This document shows positions 53,936 through 63,544 of a DNA stretch of 64,000 nucleotides, one piece after another. The stretch's first letter is position 1. Each line of letters opens with the position of its first letter. The stretch comes from Parcubacteria bacterium GBS-2 (GTDB lineage Bacteria > Patescibacteriota > Minisyncoccia > Minisyncoccales > GBS-2): the NCBI GenBank assembly GCA_001443025.1, contig LEKP01000001.1:97889-161888 (forward strand), written 5' to 3'. The notes beneath the pieces are model-generated. The model was not told the DNA's origin, did not search any database, and was given only the letters and a program-made list of their open reading frames with translations. A program made the position numbers and the translations under genes.

Positions 53936-55196
53936 ACCATTAATCAATGTTTTCAAAATAAAAGATTTAAGACAAAGGGTTTTGTTCATTTTTTTGGTTT
54001 TTGCAATTTTTAGGATTTTAGCAAATATTCCAATCCCGGGAATTGACTTTGAGAAATTAAAACAACTTTTCGATCAATTTAAAATGTTAGGACTCTTAAA
54101 TGTCTTTACAGGAGGAACTTTAGAAAGATTTTCTATTGCTATGCTTGGCTTGGGACCTTACGTTATTTCTGTGGTTATCTTACAGCTTTTAACAATGATT
54201 TTTCCATCTCTCGAAAAAATGTACAAAGAAGGAGGGGAAGAAGGAAGAAGGAAATTTGAACAGTATGGAAGAATTCTCACCCCTTTTTTATCTGCCCTTC
54301 AAGCTTTTGGAATGCTAAGTCTTTTTTCTCGGGAAGGAATAATTTCTTATTTTTCTCCCCTTTTAATGCTTTCTTCGGTTATTTCAATCTCAGCGGGAAC
54401 TGTTTTATTAATGTGGTTGGGTGAATTAATTTCCGGGAAAAGAATCGGAGATGGAATTTCTCTTTTGATCTTTGCGGGAATTGCTGCAGATTTTCCAAGA
54501 AATATGTTAGCTATGATTGCTGGCTTTGATCCAACCAAAATTTTTTCTTATTTACTTTTTCTAGTGATGGTTTTTTTGATAATAGTTTTTGTTGTAATAG
54601 TTACTGAAGCAAGGAAAATAATTCCAGTAACTTATGCAAAGAGGGTCAGAGGGTTTAGAATGTATGGGGGCGTATCCACTTATTTACCTCTTTCGGTGAA
54701 TCCAGCTGGAGTAATGCCAATTATTTTCGCTTTATCGATTTTAACTTTTCCTTCGATGGTAGCTAATTTTTTTGGAGGAGCTTCAGGGATTTTGGGTCAA
54801 ATTTCAAAAAGCACTCTTTTATTTTTTGAAAATCCGTTTGTCCATTCAAGTTTATATTTTCTTTTTGTAATCCTCTTTACTTATTTCTATACCGCAATCG
54901 TTCTTGACCCAAAAACAATTTCAGAAAATCTACAAAAAATGGGAGGTTTTATCCCAGGAATTAGACCAGGAAAAGCGACTGCAGAGTATCTTTCTTTTGT
55001 TATAAATAGGACTTTGGTTTTTGGATCGATTTTTTTGGGATTGATTGCAATAATGCCAACTATCATCCAGTCAATCACCAAGATTCAAGCCTTTTCGTTT
55101 TTAGTTGGGGGAACTTCGGTTTTGATATTAGTTTCAGTTGTTTTGCATACTTATGAAAGAATCAAATCAGAAATAGAAATGAGAGAATATGAGTAG
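53925..55196 (+). CDS. secY: preprotein translocase subunit SecY
   Basis: 10-TM profile; IPIPGID..LGLGPYVISVVILQLL. Confidence 0.95.
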   Translation: MWYKPLINVFKIKDLRQRVLFIFLVFAIFRILANIPIPGIDFEKLKQLFDQFKMLGLLNVFTGGTLERFSIAMLGLGPYVISVVILQLLTMIFPSLEKMYKEGGEEGRRKFEQYGRILTPFLSALQAFGMLSLFSREGIISYFSPLLMLSSVISISAGTVLLMWLGELISGKRIGDGISLLIFAGIAADFPRNMLAMIAGFDPTKIFSYLLFLVMVFLIIVFVVIVTEARKIIPVTYAKRVRGFRMYGGVSTYLPLSVNPAGVMPIIFALSILTFPSMVANFFGGASGILGQISKSTLLFFENPFVHSSLYFLFVILFTYFYTAIVLDPKTISENLQKMGGFIPGIRPGKATAEYLSFVINRTLVFGSIFLGLIAIMPTIIQSITKIQAFSFLVGGTSVLILVSVVLHTYERIKSEIEMREYE

Positions 55197-55911
55197 TTCT
55201 AAGAAATCAAGTTCTAAAAAATTTTTTCCGAAAGTGATAATAATATTAGGACCTCCTGGAGCGGGCAAAGGAACGCAGGCCTTTCTTTTAGCTGGAAAGC
55301 TTAATCTCTATCATTTGGAGACTAGCAAAATCCTAGAAGAAAGCTTCGAAGAGAGAGTCAATGAGAAAGTAATTATCGAAAGGAAAGAATATAGTTTTAA
55401 GAAAGAAAAGAAAATCTGGGAAGCTGGGAAACTTTGTTCTCCACCACTGGTTACTTATTTACTTGTTGAAAAAATAAAGGAGTTAAATAAATCTGAGCTC
55501 AATTTAGTCCTATCTGGTTCACCAAGGACTCTCTACGAAGCAGAGAGAATAATTCCTGTTTTAGAAAAGCTTTACGGCAGGAAGAATATTAGATGTTTTT
55601 TCTTAGACATTCCTCCAGAAGAAACGATTTTTAGGAATTCTCGTCGAAGGATTTGTCAACTTCTTCGTCATCCAATTTTGTATTCAAAGGAAAACGAAAA
55701 ATTAAAGCGTTGCCCTCTAGATGGTTCAAAATTGATAAAAAGGGGAAAATTAGATAAACCCGAGACAATAAAAGTTAGGTTGCAAGAATTTAAAGAAAAG
55801 ACCTTGCCGGTCCTTGATTATTTAAAGAAAAGAAAAATAAAAGTTGAAAAAATAGATGGAACTTCACCTCCAGAAGTGGTTTTTCAAAATATTCTCAGAA
55901 AATTGAAATGA
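55189..55911 (+). CDS. adk: adenylate kinase
   Basis: ILGPPGAGKGTQA; operon position after secY. Confidence 0.85.
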   Translation: MSSSKKSSSKKFFPKVIIILGPPGAGKGTQAFLLAGKLNLYHLETSKILEESFEERVNEKVIIERKEYSFKKEKKIWEAGKLCSPPLVTYLLVEKIKELNKSELNLVLSGSPRTLYEAERIIPVLEKLYGRKNIRCFFLDIPPEETIFRNSRRRICQLLRHPILYSKENEKLKRCPLDGSKLIKRGKLDKPETIKVRLQEFKEKTLPVLDYLKKRKIKVEKIDGTSPPEVVFQNILRKLK

Positions 55912-56669
55912 TTAGGATAAAAACAGACAAGGAAATTGAAATAATGGCAGAAGGAGGTAGGGTTTTAGCAAGGATAATGAGAGAACTTGAAAAAAATGTT
56001 AAACCAGGAATAAGAACGATTGAGTTAGAGAATTTAGCAGAAAATTTAATTTTGAAATCCGGAGGAAAGTGTGCCTTTAAAGGATATACAAGCGAATACA
56101 GCCAAATTCCATATCCTGCTTGCCTTTGTACTTCGATCAACGAGGAAATAGTCCATTGTATTCCTTCAGAAAGAGTTCTAAAAGAAGGGGATGTTTTAAA
56201 ATTGGACCTGGGTCTATTCTGGAAAGGTTATTATTTGGACATGGCGGTTACTGTTCCAGTTGGGAAAGTTTCTTTTGAAGCTCAAAGATTGATTAGAGTG
56301 ACAAAAAAAGCATTAAAATTGGCGATCAAGAAAGTGAAACCTGGAAATACTTTTGGAGACATTGGTAATACAATCCAAAGATACGTTGAAAGCCAAGGGT
56401 TTAACGTTGTCAGGGAACTTTGCGGTCATGGAATTGGAAGAGAGCTTCACGAAGAGCCAAAAATTTTAAATTATGGGAAAAGGAAAACAGGAGAGAAAAT
56501 TAAAGAAGGAATGGTCTTTTGCATTGAACCAATGGTCACTGCGGGACACTGGCATTTAAAAAGAACAAAAGATGGTTTTGGTTATCAAACAGTCGATGGA
56601 TCTTTGACCGCTCATTTTGAACATACAGTAGCAGTTACAAAGTACGGCTCTAGGATATTAACAAAATGA
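55908..56669 (+). CDS. map: type I methionine aminopeptidase
   Basis: IKTDKEIEIM..DLGLFWKGYYLDMA..GHGIGRELHEEP..FCIEPM..FEHTV. Confidence 0.95.
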   Translation: MIRIKTDKEIEIMAEGGRVLARIMRELEKNVKPGIRTIELENLAENLILKSGGKCAFKGYTSEYSQIPYPACLCTSINEEIVHCIPSERVLKEGDVLKLDLGLFWKGYYLDMAVTVPVGKVSFEAQRLIRVTKKALKLAIKKVKPGNTFGDIGNTIQRYVESQGFNVVRELCGHGIGRELHEEPKILNYGKRKTGEKIKEGMVFCIEPMVTAGHWHLKRTKDGFGYQTVDGSLTAHFEHTVAVTKYGSRILTK

Positions 56670-56704
56670 TTTTTTAAGTGAAATCTAAAGTTAATAAATT
56701 CTCG

Positions 56705-56753
56705 ATGTTGACGTCTGACATCAACATAAGGTCAGAATCAACATAAGGTCAGA
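56705..56753. repeat. 27-bp shared element plus two 17-bp tandem iterons (ATCAACATAAGGTCAGA)
   Basis: 56705-56731 is identical to 40902-40928. Tandem units at 56720-36 and 56737-53. Confidence 0.85.
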
Positions 56754-56857
56754 CATTGATTTTTTAAAAAATACGACAATCGTTTTAAATTGTAACCAAG
56801 GAACGATCATATTTGTTTTACCCTTCTTTACTTTGAGATAGCCTTTTTTTATTTTTT

Positions 56858-56866
56858 TGGTAGAAT
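56858..56866 (+). promoter_or_regulatory. extended -10 promoter element TGgTAGAAT, 6 nt before ATG 56873
   Basis: Read directly. Confidence 0.45.
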
Positions 56867-56872
56867 ATTACA

Positions 56873-57601
56873 ATGTCAAAAATTTATTTATCGGTTATTA
56901 TTCCAGCCTTCAACGAAGAAAAAAGGTTGCCAAAAACATTAAGAGAAATTGATGAGTATTTAAGAGAACAAAGTTTTGAATTTGAAATCATTGTTGTGTC
57001 CGATGGTTCAACTGATAGAACTTGCGAGGTTGTAGAAAATTTAAAATCTCAAATTCCAAATTTGAAATTAATTTGCGAAAAAATAAACAGAGGAAAAGGG
57101 TATGGCGTAAAAGTTGGAATGCTCAATGCCAAAGGAAAATATCGGCTGTTTACTGATGCTGACAATTCCACTCCAATTTCAGAGATTGAAAAGTTTTGGG
57201 CAGAATTTGAAAAGGGGGCAGATATTGTAATTGCTTCTCGAGATATTAAAGGCGCAATTTTAGATCCGCCCCAACCTCTCTTTAGAAGATTTGTCGGTGA
57301 GGTTTTTAAATATTTAAGGAAAATAATCGTTGGGCTTTGGGAAATAGAAGATACTCAGTGCGGTTTTAAATGCTTCAAAGGAGAAGCTGCAGAGAAAATT
57401 TTTCCAAAAGCCAAAATCGAAAAGTTTGCGTTTGATCCTGAAATTTTATTGATCGCAAAGAAAATGGGGTTTAAAATAAAAGAAGTCCCAGTTTATTGGA
57501 AGAATGATTTACAAAGTAAAGTAAAATTCAAGTCTATGATAAAAATGCTAATTGATTTGTTTAAAATAAGATTTAATTTTTTGAAAGGGGAATATGACTG
57601 A
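56873..57601 (+). CDS. GT2-family glycosyltransferase (dolichyl/polyprenyl-phosphate glycosyltransferase-like)
   Basis: LSVIIPAFNEEKRL..VVSDGSTD..FTDADNSTP..QCGFK. Confidence 0.8.
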   Translation: MSKIYLSVIIPAFNEEKRLPKTLREIDEYLREQSFEFEIIVVSDGSTDRTCEVVENLKSQIPNLKLICEKINRGKGYGVKVGMLNAKGKYRLFTDADNSTPISEIEKFWAEFEKGADIVIASRDIKGAILDPPQPLFRRFVGEVFKYLRKIIVGLWEIEDTQCGFKCFKGEAAEKIFPKAKIEKFAFDPEILLIAKKMGFKIKEVPVYWKNDLQSKVKFKSMIKMLIDLFKIRFNFLKGEYD

Positions 57602-58616
57602 AAAATTTCCCTCTGAATTGCGTTTTGACACAATTTCAAAAGATTGGGTGATAATTGCGACTGGGAGGGCAAAAAGACCTGAGGCTTTCAAAATTAAAAA
57701 AAGAAAAGAAATTAAAATTTCAAAAAAGGAATGTCCTTTTTGTAATATCCAAACCCAAGAAAAACCTCTTTTAATTTTTTCCAAGGGCAAAGAAATTCCT
57801 CTAAAAGAAGAAATTCCAAAAAATTGGACGACTATTGTTATTCCAAACAAGTATCCAGCACTATTGCCAGCAAAAAAAATTAAGGTTGAAAAGGAAGGGA
57901 AATTTTATCGGAAAATTACTGGGGCAGGTTATTGCGAATTGGTAATAACCAGAGATCATAAAAAACATTTTCCAAATTTTGAAATTTGGCAAATAAAAGA
58001 AGTATTAGATTGTTATCAAAAAAGATATTTGGAATTAATGAAAAAACCAAACGTTGCCTACATTTCAATTTTTCACAACTATGGAGTAGAGGCAGGAGCT
58101 TCCCAACCTCATCCCCATTCTCAAATAATCACCACTCCATTGATCGATGTAGACTTGGAAAAAGCTCTTTTTAATTCGAAAAAATATTTTGAAAAAACAA
58201 AAAAATGTATTTATTGTGAAATGAACAGATGGGAAATGAAAGTAAAAAAGAGGATTGTATTTGAAAACGAAGAGTTTTTGGTTTTGTGCCCTTTCGCTTC
58301 AAAATCTGCCTTTGAAATAATTATTTCTCCTAAAAAACATTCTTCGAATTTCGAAAGAATCGGAGAAAAAGAAAAAATAAAACTAGCAGAAGCTTTCAAG
58401 GTAACAATGAAAAAACTTTCAAAAGCCCTAGACAATCCTCCTTATAATTTCTACTTGCATACTTCTCCAGTAAAAGGAAAATATCCCTATTATCATTGGC
58501 ATTTCACAATCTTGCCAAAAACTCAAACTTTGGCAGGTTTTGAGTTAGGGACAAAAATGGAAATCTCAACAATTGAACCAGAGAGAGCAGCAGATTACCT
58601 TAGAAAAATGGGTTAA
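57594..58616 (+). CDS. galT: galactose-1-phosphate uridylyltransferase (HIT superfamily)
   Basis: Zn site KKECPFCN; active site SQPHPHSQI (HxHxQ). Overlaps the GT2 gene by 8 nt. Confidence 0.8.
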   Translation: MTEKFPSELRFDTISKDWVIIATGRAKRPEAFKIKKRKEIKISKKECPFCNIQTQEKPLLIFSKGKEIPLKEEIPKNWTTIVIPNKYPALLPAKKIKVEKEGKFYRKITGAGYCELVITRDHKKHFPNFEIWQIKEVLDCYQKRYLELMKKPNVAYISIFHNYGVEAGASQPHPHSQIITTPLIDVDLEKALFNSKKYFEKTKKCIYCEMNRWEMKVKKRIVFENEEFLVLCPFASKSAFEIIISPKKHSSNFERIGEKEKIKLAEAFKVTMKKLSKALDNPPYNFYLHTSPVKGKYPYYHWHFTILPKTQTLAGFELGTKMEISTIEPERAADYLRKMG

Positions 58617-58697
58617 GAGAAAGGTGGTAAGTGATCTTTGCACAAAATAAAAATTGAATCAGGTCTTCATTTAACAAAAATTTTTAAAGCGGGAATT

Positions 58698-59180
58698 ATG
58701 AGAAATCAAAAATCTTTCACTTTAATTGAACTTTTGGTTGTTATTACTGTTATTGGGATGCTATTTTCAATTGCTTTTGTAGCTACAAGAGAAGCAGCAA
58801 AAAAAGCAAGAGATGAAAAGAGAATAAGTGATTTAAAAAATCTTCAAAAGGCTCTCTTAATTTACTATGATAAACATGGGTACATGCCTATAAATAGAAA
58901 TCCCGGTTACGGGTATTGCGATGATCAACCAAATTTTTTGCAAGAATTAGTAGACGATGGATTGATTTCAACTAACCCTAAAGATCCTTCATCTCCCACA
59001 AGACGTTATTGCTATTACGATTACGGCTCCGGCAATGATAAAGGAGCTTTACTCGTGGCTACTTTAGAAACATATACTGGCACTACTGGTCTTCCTCCTT
59101 CTTGTCGGCCCTGGGCTCCAGGGCAAAATTGGTGTGATCAATCAAATAATAGCTATTATTGTCTTTGCACTCCCTACTAA
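58698..59180 (+). CDS. type IV pilin-like / pseudopilin protein
   Basis: Prepilin-type N-terminus MRNQKSFTLIELLVVITVIGMLFSIAFV and a Cys-rich C-terminal domain. The ORF-track TTG start at 58638 was rejected. Confidence 0.8.
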   Translation: MRNQKSFTLIELLVVITVIGMLFSIAFVATREAAKKARDEKRISDLKNLQKALLIYYDKHGYMPINRNPGYGYCDDQPNFLQELVDDGLISTNPKDPSSPTRRYCYYDYGSGNDKGALLVATLETYTGTTGLPPSCRPWAPGQNWCDQSNNSYYCLCTPY

Positions 59181-59183
59181 CTC

Positions 59184-59960
59184 ATGGAAACAATAATTGT
59201 CGCTAATTGGAAAATGAATCCTCAAAGTTTGCCAAAAGCAAAAGAGCTTTTCAATTCGGTGAGAAATTGGATTAAAAAAAATTCTAACATTCTGCAGAGT
59301 GTTAGAATAATAATTTGTCCACCGTTTGTTTATCTAGAATCAATTTCAAAATTACTAAAAACGAAAAACTTTCGACTGAAAGTTGAATTGGGAGCTCAAA
59401 ACCTCTTTTGGGAAGAGAAAGGAGCTTTTACTGGTGAAATTTCCCCAAAGATGTTGAAAAATTTAGGGGTTAAATATGTAATTGTTGGGCATTCTGAGAG
59501 AAGGAAAATTTTAGGTGAGAGTGATGAAATGATAAACAAAAAGTTGAAAGCAGCAATAAAAGCGAAAATAAAACCAATTTTGTGTATCGGGGAAACCTTC
59601 GAAGAGAGAAAAAGAGGAAAAACCTTCAAAGTTTTAAAAAATCAATTAACTAAATCACTCACCCACTTAACTACTCAACCACTCAACTACTTAATTTTAG
59701 CTTACGAGCCCATTTGGGCAATTGGTACGGGAAATCCCTGCAAACCAGAAGATGCGAAAGAAGTTCTTTTATTTTTGAGAAAATTCACTCAGCCACTTTT
59801 TCGCTCAATCACTCAAACACTAATTCTTTACGGCGGAAGTGTCAATTCAAAAATCGCAAAAGATTATATTAAAATTGGTTTCGATGGTCTTTTAGTTGGC
59901 GGTGCTTCGTTAAAGAAAACAGAATTTGTTGAGATAATAAAGGACATCGCAAAAGATTGA
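59184..59960 (+). CDS. tpiA: triosephosphate isomerase
   Basis: VANWKMN..VGHSERR..AYEPIWAIGTG..YGGSV. Confidence 0.93.
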   Translation: METIIVANWKMNPQSLPKAKELFNSVRNWIKKNSNILQSVRIIICPPFVYLESISKLLKTKNFRLKVELGAQNLFWEEKGAFTGEISPKMLKNLGVKYVIVGHSERRKILGESDEMINKKLKAAIKAKIKPILCIGETFEERKRGKTFKVLKNQLTKSLTHLTTQPLNYLILAYEPIWAIGTGNPCKPEDAKEVLLFLRKFTQPLFRSITQTLILYGGSVNSKIAKDYIKIGFDGLLVGGASLKKTEFVEIIKDIAKD

Positions 59961-60008
59961 TTAATTTTTAAAAATGTAGTAACATCCTATTAATGACATC
60001 TATTAATT

Positions 60009-60518
60009 ATGAGTGAGCCCGAAATTTTAAAAGGAAAATTCTATAACCCAAGTAAAGGAAATTTAGACTTCAAGGGAGTAGTAAAGGAGATAATTTCTTA
60101 CATCTCTGAAAAACCAGAGAAATTTTATGATGTGATAGTAGGGTGCGATTCTTCTTCTGGAGAAGAACCTAATTTTCCCGTTGCGATTGTGGTTCTGAGA
60201 ATGGGAGAAGGAGGAAGATTTTTTTTGAAAAAATTTCACTATCAAAATAAAAAATTTTACAATCTAAAACAAAGAATTTTAGAAGAAGTTTTTCTTTCTT
60301 GCCAGTTAGCGTTAAGTTTGAGGGAAGTTTTGAAGGAAAAAACGAAAAATAAAAACTACAACTATCAATTACGCTATATTCATGCAGACATTGGCGAAAA
60401 CGGAGCGACTAAAGATATGATTAAGGAAGTAATTGGATTAATTAAGGGTAATGGTTTTGAACCAAAAATAAAACCAGAATCCTTCGCTGCTTCGGTAGTA
60501 GCGGATAGGTATTCTTAA
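60009..60518 (+). CDS. RNase H-like YkuK/DUF458 family protein
   Basis: YDVIVGCDSS..FPVAIVVLRMGEGGRFF..IHADIGENG..SFAASVVADRYS. Confidence 0.55.
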   Translation: MSEPEILKGKFYNPSKGNLDFKGVVKEIISYISEKPEKFYDVIVGCDSSSGEEPNFPVAIVVLRMGEGGRFFLKKFHYQNKKFYNLKQRILEEVFLSCQLALSLREVLKEKTKNKNYNYQLRYIHADIGENGATKDMIKEVIGLIKGNGFEPKIKPESFAASVVADRYS

Positions 60519-60550
60519 AGTTTAAAGATTTTGATAAAATCTAGAGTGAA

Positions 60551-62257
60551 ATGAATTCTGATCAATTAAGGAAACAATTCCTAAATTTTTTTGAAAAAAG
60601 AGGGCATGCAATCGTTCCTTCTTCTTCTTTAATTCCAACAGATCCTTCTGTTTTGTTTACTACCGCAGGAATGCAGCAGTTCAAGCCTTATTATTTAGGT
60701 GAACCTTGCCCTTACGGGAAAAACGTTGCTTCTTGCCAAAAATGTTTTAGGACTTCAGATATCGACGAAGTAGGAGACGAAAGACATTTAACATTTTTTG
60801 AGATGCTTGGGAATTTTTCGTTTGGAGGATATTTTAAGGAAGAAGCAATCAAATTTGCTTTTGAATTTTTATTTAAGGTGCTAAAGCTTCCTCTTAAAAA
60901 TGCAATTTTTACTGTATTTAAAGGAGATGAAGAAGTCCCAGAAGATAAGGATTCCCCGAAAATTTGGCAAAAATTAGGGGTTCCGAAAGAAAAAATAGTT
61001 GGGATGGGAAGGCAAGATAATTTTTGGGGACCAACAGGATTAGAGGGACCATGCGGACCTACCACTGAAATTCACATCAATGGAATTGAGGTTTGGAATT
61101 TAGTTTTTAATGAGTACTTTAAAGATAGAGATGGAAAATTGACACCTTTAAAACAAAAAGGAGTTGACACAGGAGCAGGACTGGAAAGACTGGTTATGGT
61201 TGTTCAAAAGAAAAACAACGTTTTTGAAACTGATCTTTTCGAACCGATTGTGAAGATAATACGGAAGAACAAATGCGATCTGTCCAACACGAGGTCAGAA
61301 AGAATAATTGCAGATCATATAAAAGGGGCTGTTTTTTTGATCTCTGAGGGAGTGTTGCCATCGAACGTTGAAAGAGGATATGTATTAAGAAGGATCCTGA
61401 GAAGAGCAATTTTACATTCAAAAATCTTAAATTTACCCAAAAATTCTTTAACGGAAGTTGGAAAGGAAGTAATTGAAATTTACAAAAATGTTTATCCTGA
61501 GGTGGGAACGCACCAGGCCGATGTGTTAACAGTAATTGAGGGCGAAAGAGAAAAGTTTGAAAAAACTTTAGAAAACGGACTGAAAAAATTAAAATTACAA
61601 ATTAAAAGTTGTAAATCGAAAAATGAAAAAACCTTACCAGGAAAAATAGTTTTTGATTTGTTTCAAAGTTATGGTTTTCCTTTTGAGATTACAAAGGAGA
61701 TTGCAAAAGAGGAGGGGTTAGAAGTTGACGAGAAGGATTTTCAAGAAAGATTTAAGAAACATCAAGAGATTTCTAGGGTTGGTGCAGAAAAAAAATTTGG
61801 AGGACTTGGGAAAGTAACAGATTACAATATGGTAAAGTTACATACCGCCACTCATTTACTACATTCTGCTTTAAGAAAAATTCTAGGTGAAAAAGTTAAA
61901 CAGATGGGATCTGATATCACTCCAGAAAGGTTGAGGTTCGATTTTTCTTTTGAAAGGAGGCTAAAAGAAGAAGAAATAAGAAAAATTGAAGAATTAGTAA
62001 ACCAAAAGATAAAAGAAGATTTGGAGGTAAAAAAAGAAGAAATGGAATTGGACGAGGCACTAAAATCAGGAGCTTTAGCTTTCTTTAAAGAAAAATATCC
62101 AGAAAAGGTGACAGTCTATACTATTGGTGATTTTTCAAAAGAAATTTGTGCTGGCCCTCACGTGAAAAAGACTTCGGAGTTGGGAATTTTCAAAATTAAA
62201 AAAGAAGAATCCGCTGGAAAAGGAATTAGAAGGATCTATGCAATTTTATTGAAATAA
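60551..62257 (+). CDS. alaS: alanine--tRNA ligase, shortened form (568 aa, no C-Ala domain)
   Basis: FLNFFEKRGH..LFTTAGMQQFKP..FEMLGNFSFGGYFK..DTGAGLERL. Editing-site motifs HTATHLLH and CAGPHV. Ends ~30 aa after CAGPHV. Confidence 0.9.
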   Translation: MNSDQLRKQFLNFFEKRGHAIVPSSSLIPTDPSVLFTTAGMQQFKPYYLGEPCPYGKNVASCQKCFRTSDIDEVGDERHLTFFEMLGNFSFGGYFKEEAIKFAFEFLFKVLKLPLKNAIFTVFKGDEEVPEDKDSPKIWQKLGVPKEKIVGMGRQDNFWGPTGLEGPCGPTTEIHINGIEVWNLVFNEYFKDRDGKLTPLKQKGVDTGAGLERLVMVVQKKNNVFETDLFEPIVKIIRKNKCDLSNTRSERIIADHIKGAVFLISEGVLPSNVERGYVLRRILRRAILHSKILNLPKNSLTEVGKEVIEIYKNVYPEVGTHQADVLTVIEGEREKFEKTLENGLKKLKLQIKSCKSKNEKTLPGKIVFDLFQSYGFPFEITKEIAKEEGLEVDEKDFQERFKKHQEISRVGAEKKFGGLGKVTDYNMVKLHTATHLLHSALRKILGEKVKQMGSDITPERLRFDFSFERRLKEEEIRKIEELVNQKIKEDLEVKKEEMELDEALKSGALAFFKEKYPEKVTVYTIGDFSKEICAGPHVKKTSELGIFKIKKEESAGKGIRRIYAILLK

Positions 62258-62261
62258 AGTC

Positions 62262-63521
62262 ATGCCCAAAAAAATATTTGATATTTTGCCTCCAAAACGG
62301 CAGAAAGAAAAAACCTTAGTTTTTGAAATTCAAAGAAAAGAAACAAAGGCCAAAACTTCTCCCATAAAACTACATTTTCCAAAAATTTCTTTTAAAAAAG
62401 TTTTTGTTGCCTTTTTTGTTTTAATTTTGGCATCAATTTTATTTTTCTCTTTTAAATTTTCTAGAGTAGAAGTTAAAATCTGGCCAGAGGTTAAAGATAT
62501 TAATTTCGTTGAAAGTATTACAGTAGAAACAGAGACAGAAACGGTGGATGTTCACAAAAAAATAATTCCCGGTAAAATCTTTGAATTTGAAGAGGTTTTT
62601 TCGGATACATTCAATTCGTCTGGAAAAATCTTAAAGAAGGCGGAGGGAGTTATTAGACTTTTTAATGAATATACTACCCAAGATGAAGTTTGGAAAGAAG
62701 GCACTAGATTCGTTTCTGCAGACGGCAAACTTTTTAAATCAAAAGACAAAATTTACGTTCCTGGTGCAACAATTAAAAATGGAAAGATTGAACCTTCTTT
62801 TGTTGATGTTCCGGTAATTGCGGCAGAAGGAGGAGATCATTACAATATTGGTCCTTCTGAATTTTCAATAGTTGCTTTTAAAGGAAGTCCTCGATATTTT
62901 AAATACTATGGAAAATCTTTTGAACCTATGAAAGGAGGAGGAGAATTTTTCGTTGTCACGAAGGAAGATTTAGAAAAAGCTGAAAAAGAATTGATAGACT
63001 TGGCACATCAAAAAGCAAAAGAAATCTTACGTGAAAGAAGTGGTGAGGAATTTTTATTTTCAGAGGATGCGATAGAGGTTTCAGTTTTAAGCAAAAACTC
63101 TTCGGCGACAGAAGGAGAAGAAAAAGAAAAATTTGATTTTCAGGTTAGAGCGAAGATAAAAACAATAATTTTTTCAAAAAAAGATCTTGAAGAGTTTATT
63201 AAAACTTATTTAAGTTCAAAAATTTCATCAGAGAAAGAGTTTTATTTTCCATCTTTGAAATTTGACTTAGAAGGAGAAGTTAAGAATTTAGAATTAGGGA
63301 AAATAAGACTTCAACTAAAAATTTTTGGTAAAGAATATTCAAAAATCGACCTGTTATCAACTAAAAAATCATTAGCAGGGAAAAATTTAGACGAAGCTAA
63401 ATTTTATTTGCTCAATCAAAAAGAAATTTCCAAAACAAAGATTGAAATCTATCCCTTCTGGATAAAAAAGATTCCAGATGATATAAACAGAATCGAAATT
63501 TCATACCCTCTTATTGACTAA
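62262..63521 (+). CDS. hypothetical membrane-anchored protein
   Basis: One N-terminal TM helix (VFVAFFVLILASILFFSF) and a beta-rich extracytoplasmic body. No family recognised. Confidence 0.5.
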   Translation: MPKKIFDILPPKRQKEKTLVFEIQRKETKAKTSPIKLHFPKISFKKVFVAFFVLILASILFFSFKFSRVEVKIWPEVKDINFVESITVETETETVDVHKKIIPGKIFEFEEVFSDTFNSSGKILKKAEGVIRLFNEYTTQDEVWKEGTRFVSADGKLFKSKDKIYVPGATIKNGKIEPSFVDVPVIAAEGGDHYNIGPSEFSIVAFKGSPRYFKYYGKSFEPMKGGGEFFVVTKEDLEKAEKELIDLAHQKAKEILRERSGEEFLFSEDAIEVSVLSKNSSATEGEEKEKFDFQVRAKIKTIIFSKKDLEEFIKTYLSSKISSEKEFYFPSLKFDLEGEVKNLELGKIRLQLKIFGKEYSKIDLLSTKKSLAGKNLDEAKFYLLNQKEISKTKIEIYPFWIKKIPDDINRIEISYPLID

Positions 63522-63544
63522 AAACCTCCTTTTTGGTAAGTTAA

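Noticed and set aside
1261-62749. Numerous 60-160-aa antisense or alternative-frame ORFs inside groEL, fusA, tuf, rgy, hel308, rpoD, secY, alaS and others
   Set aside because: Each lies wholly within a well-supported conserved gene. They have Ser/Phe/Leu-rich low-complexity translations typical of the antisense of Lys/Glu-rich AT-rich coding sequence.
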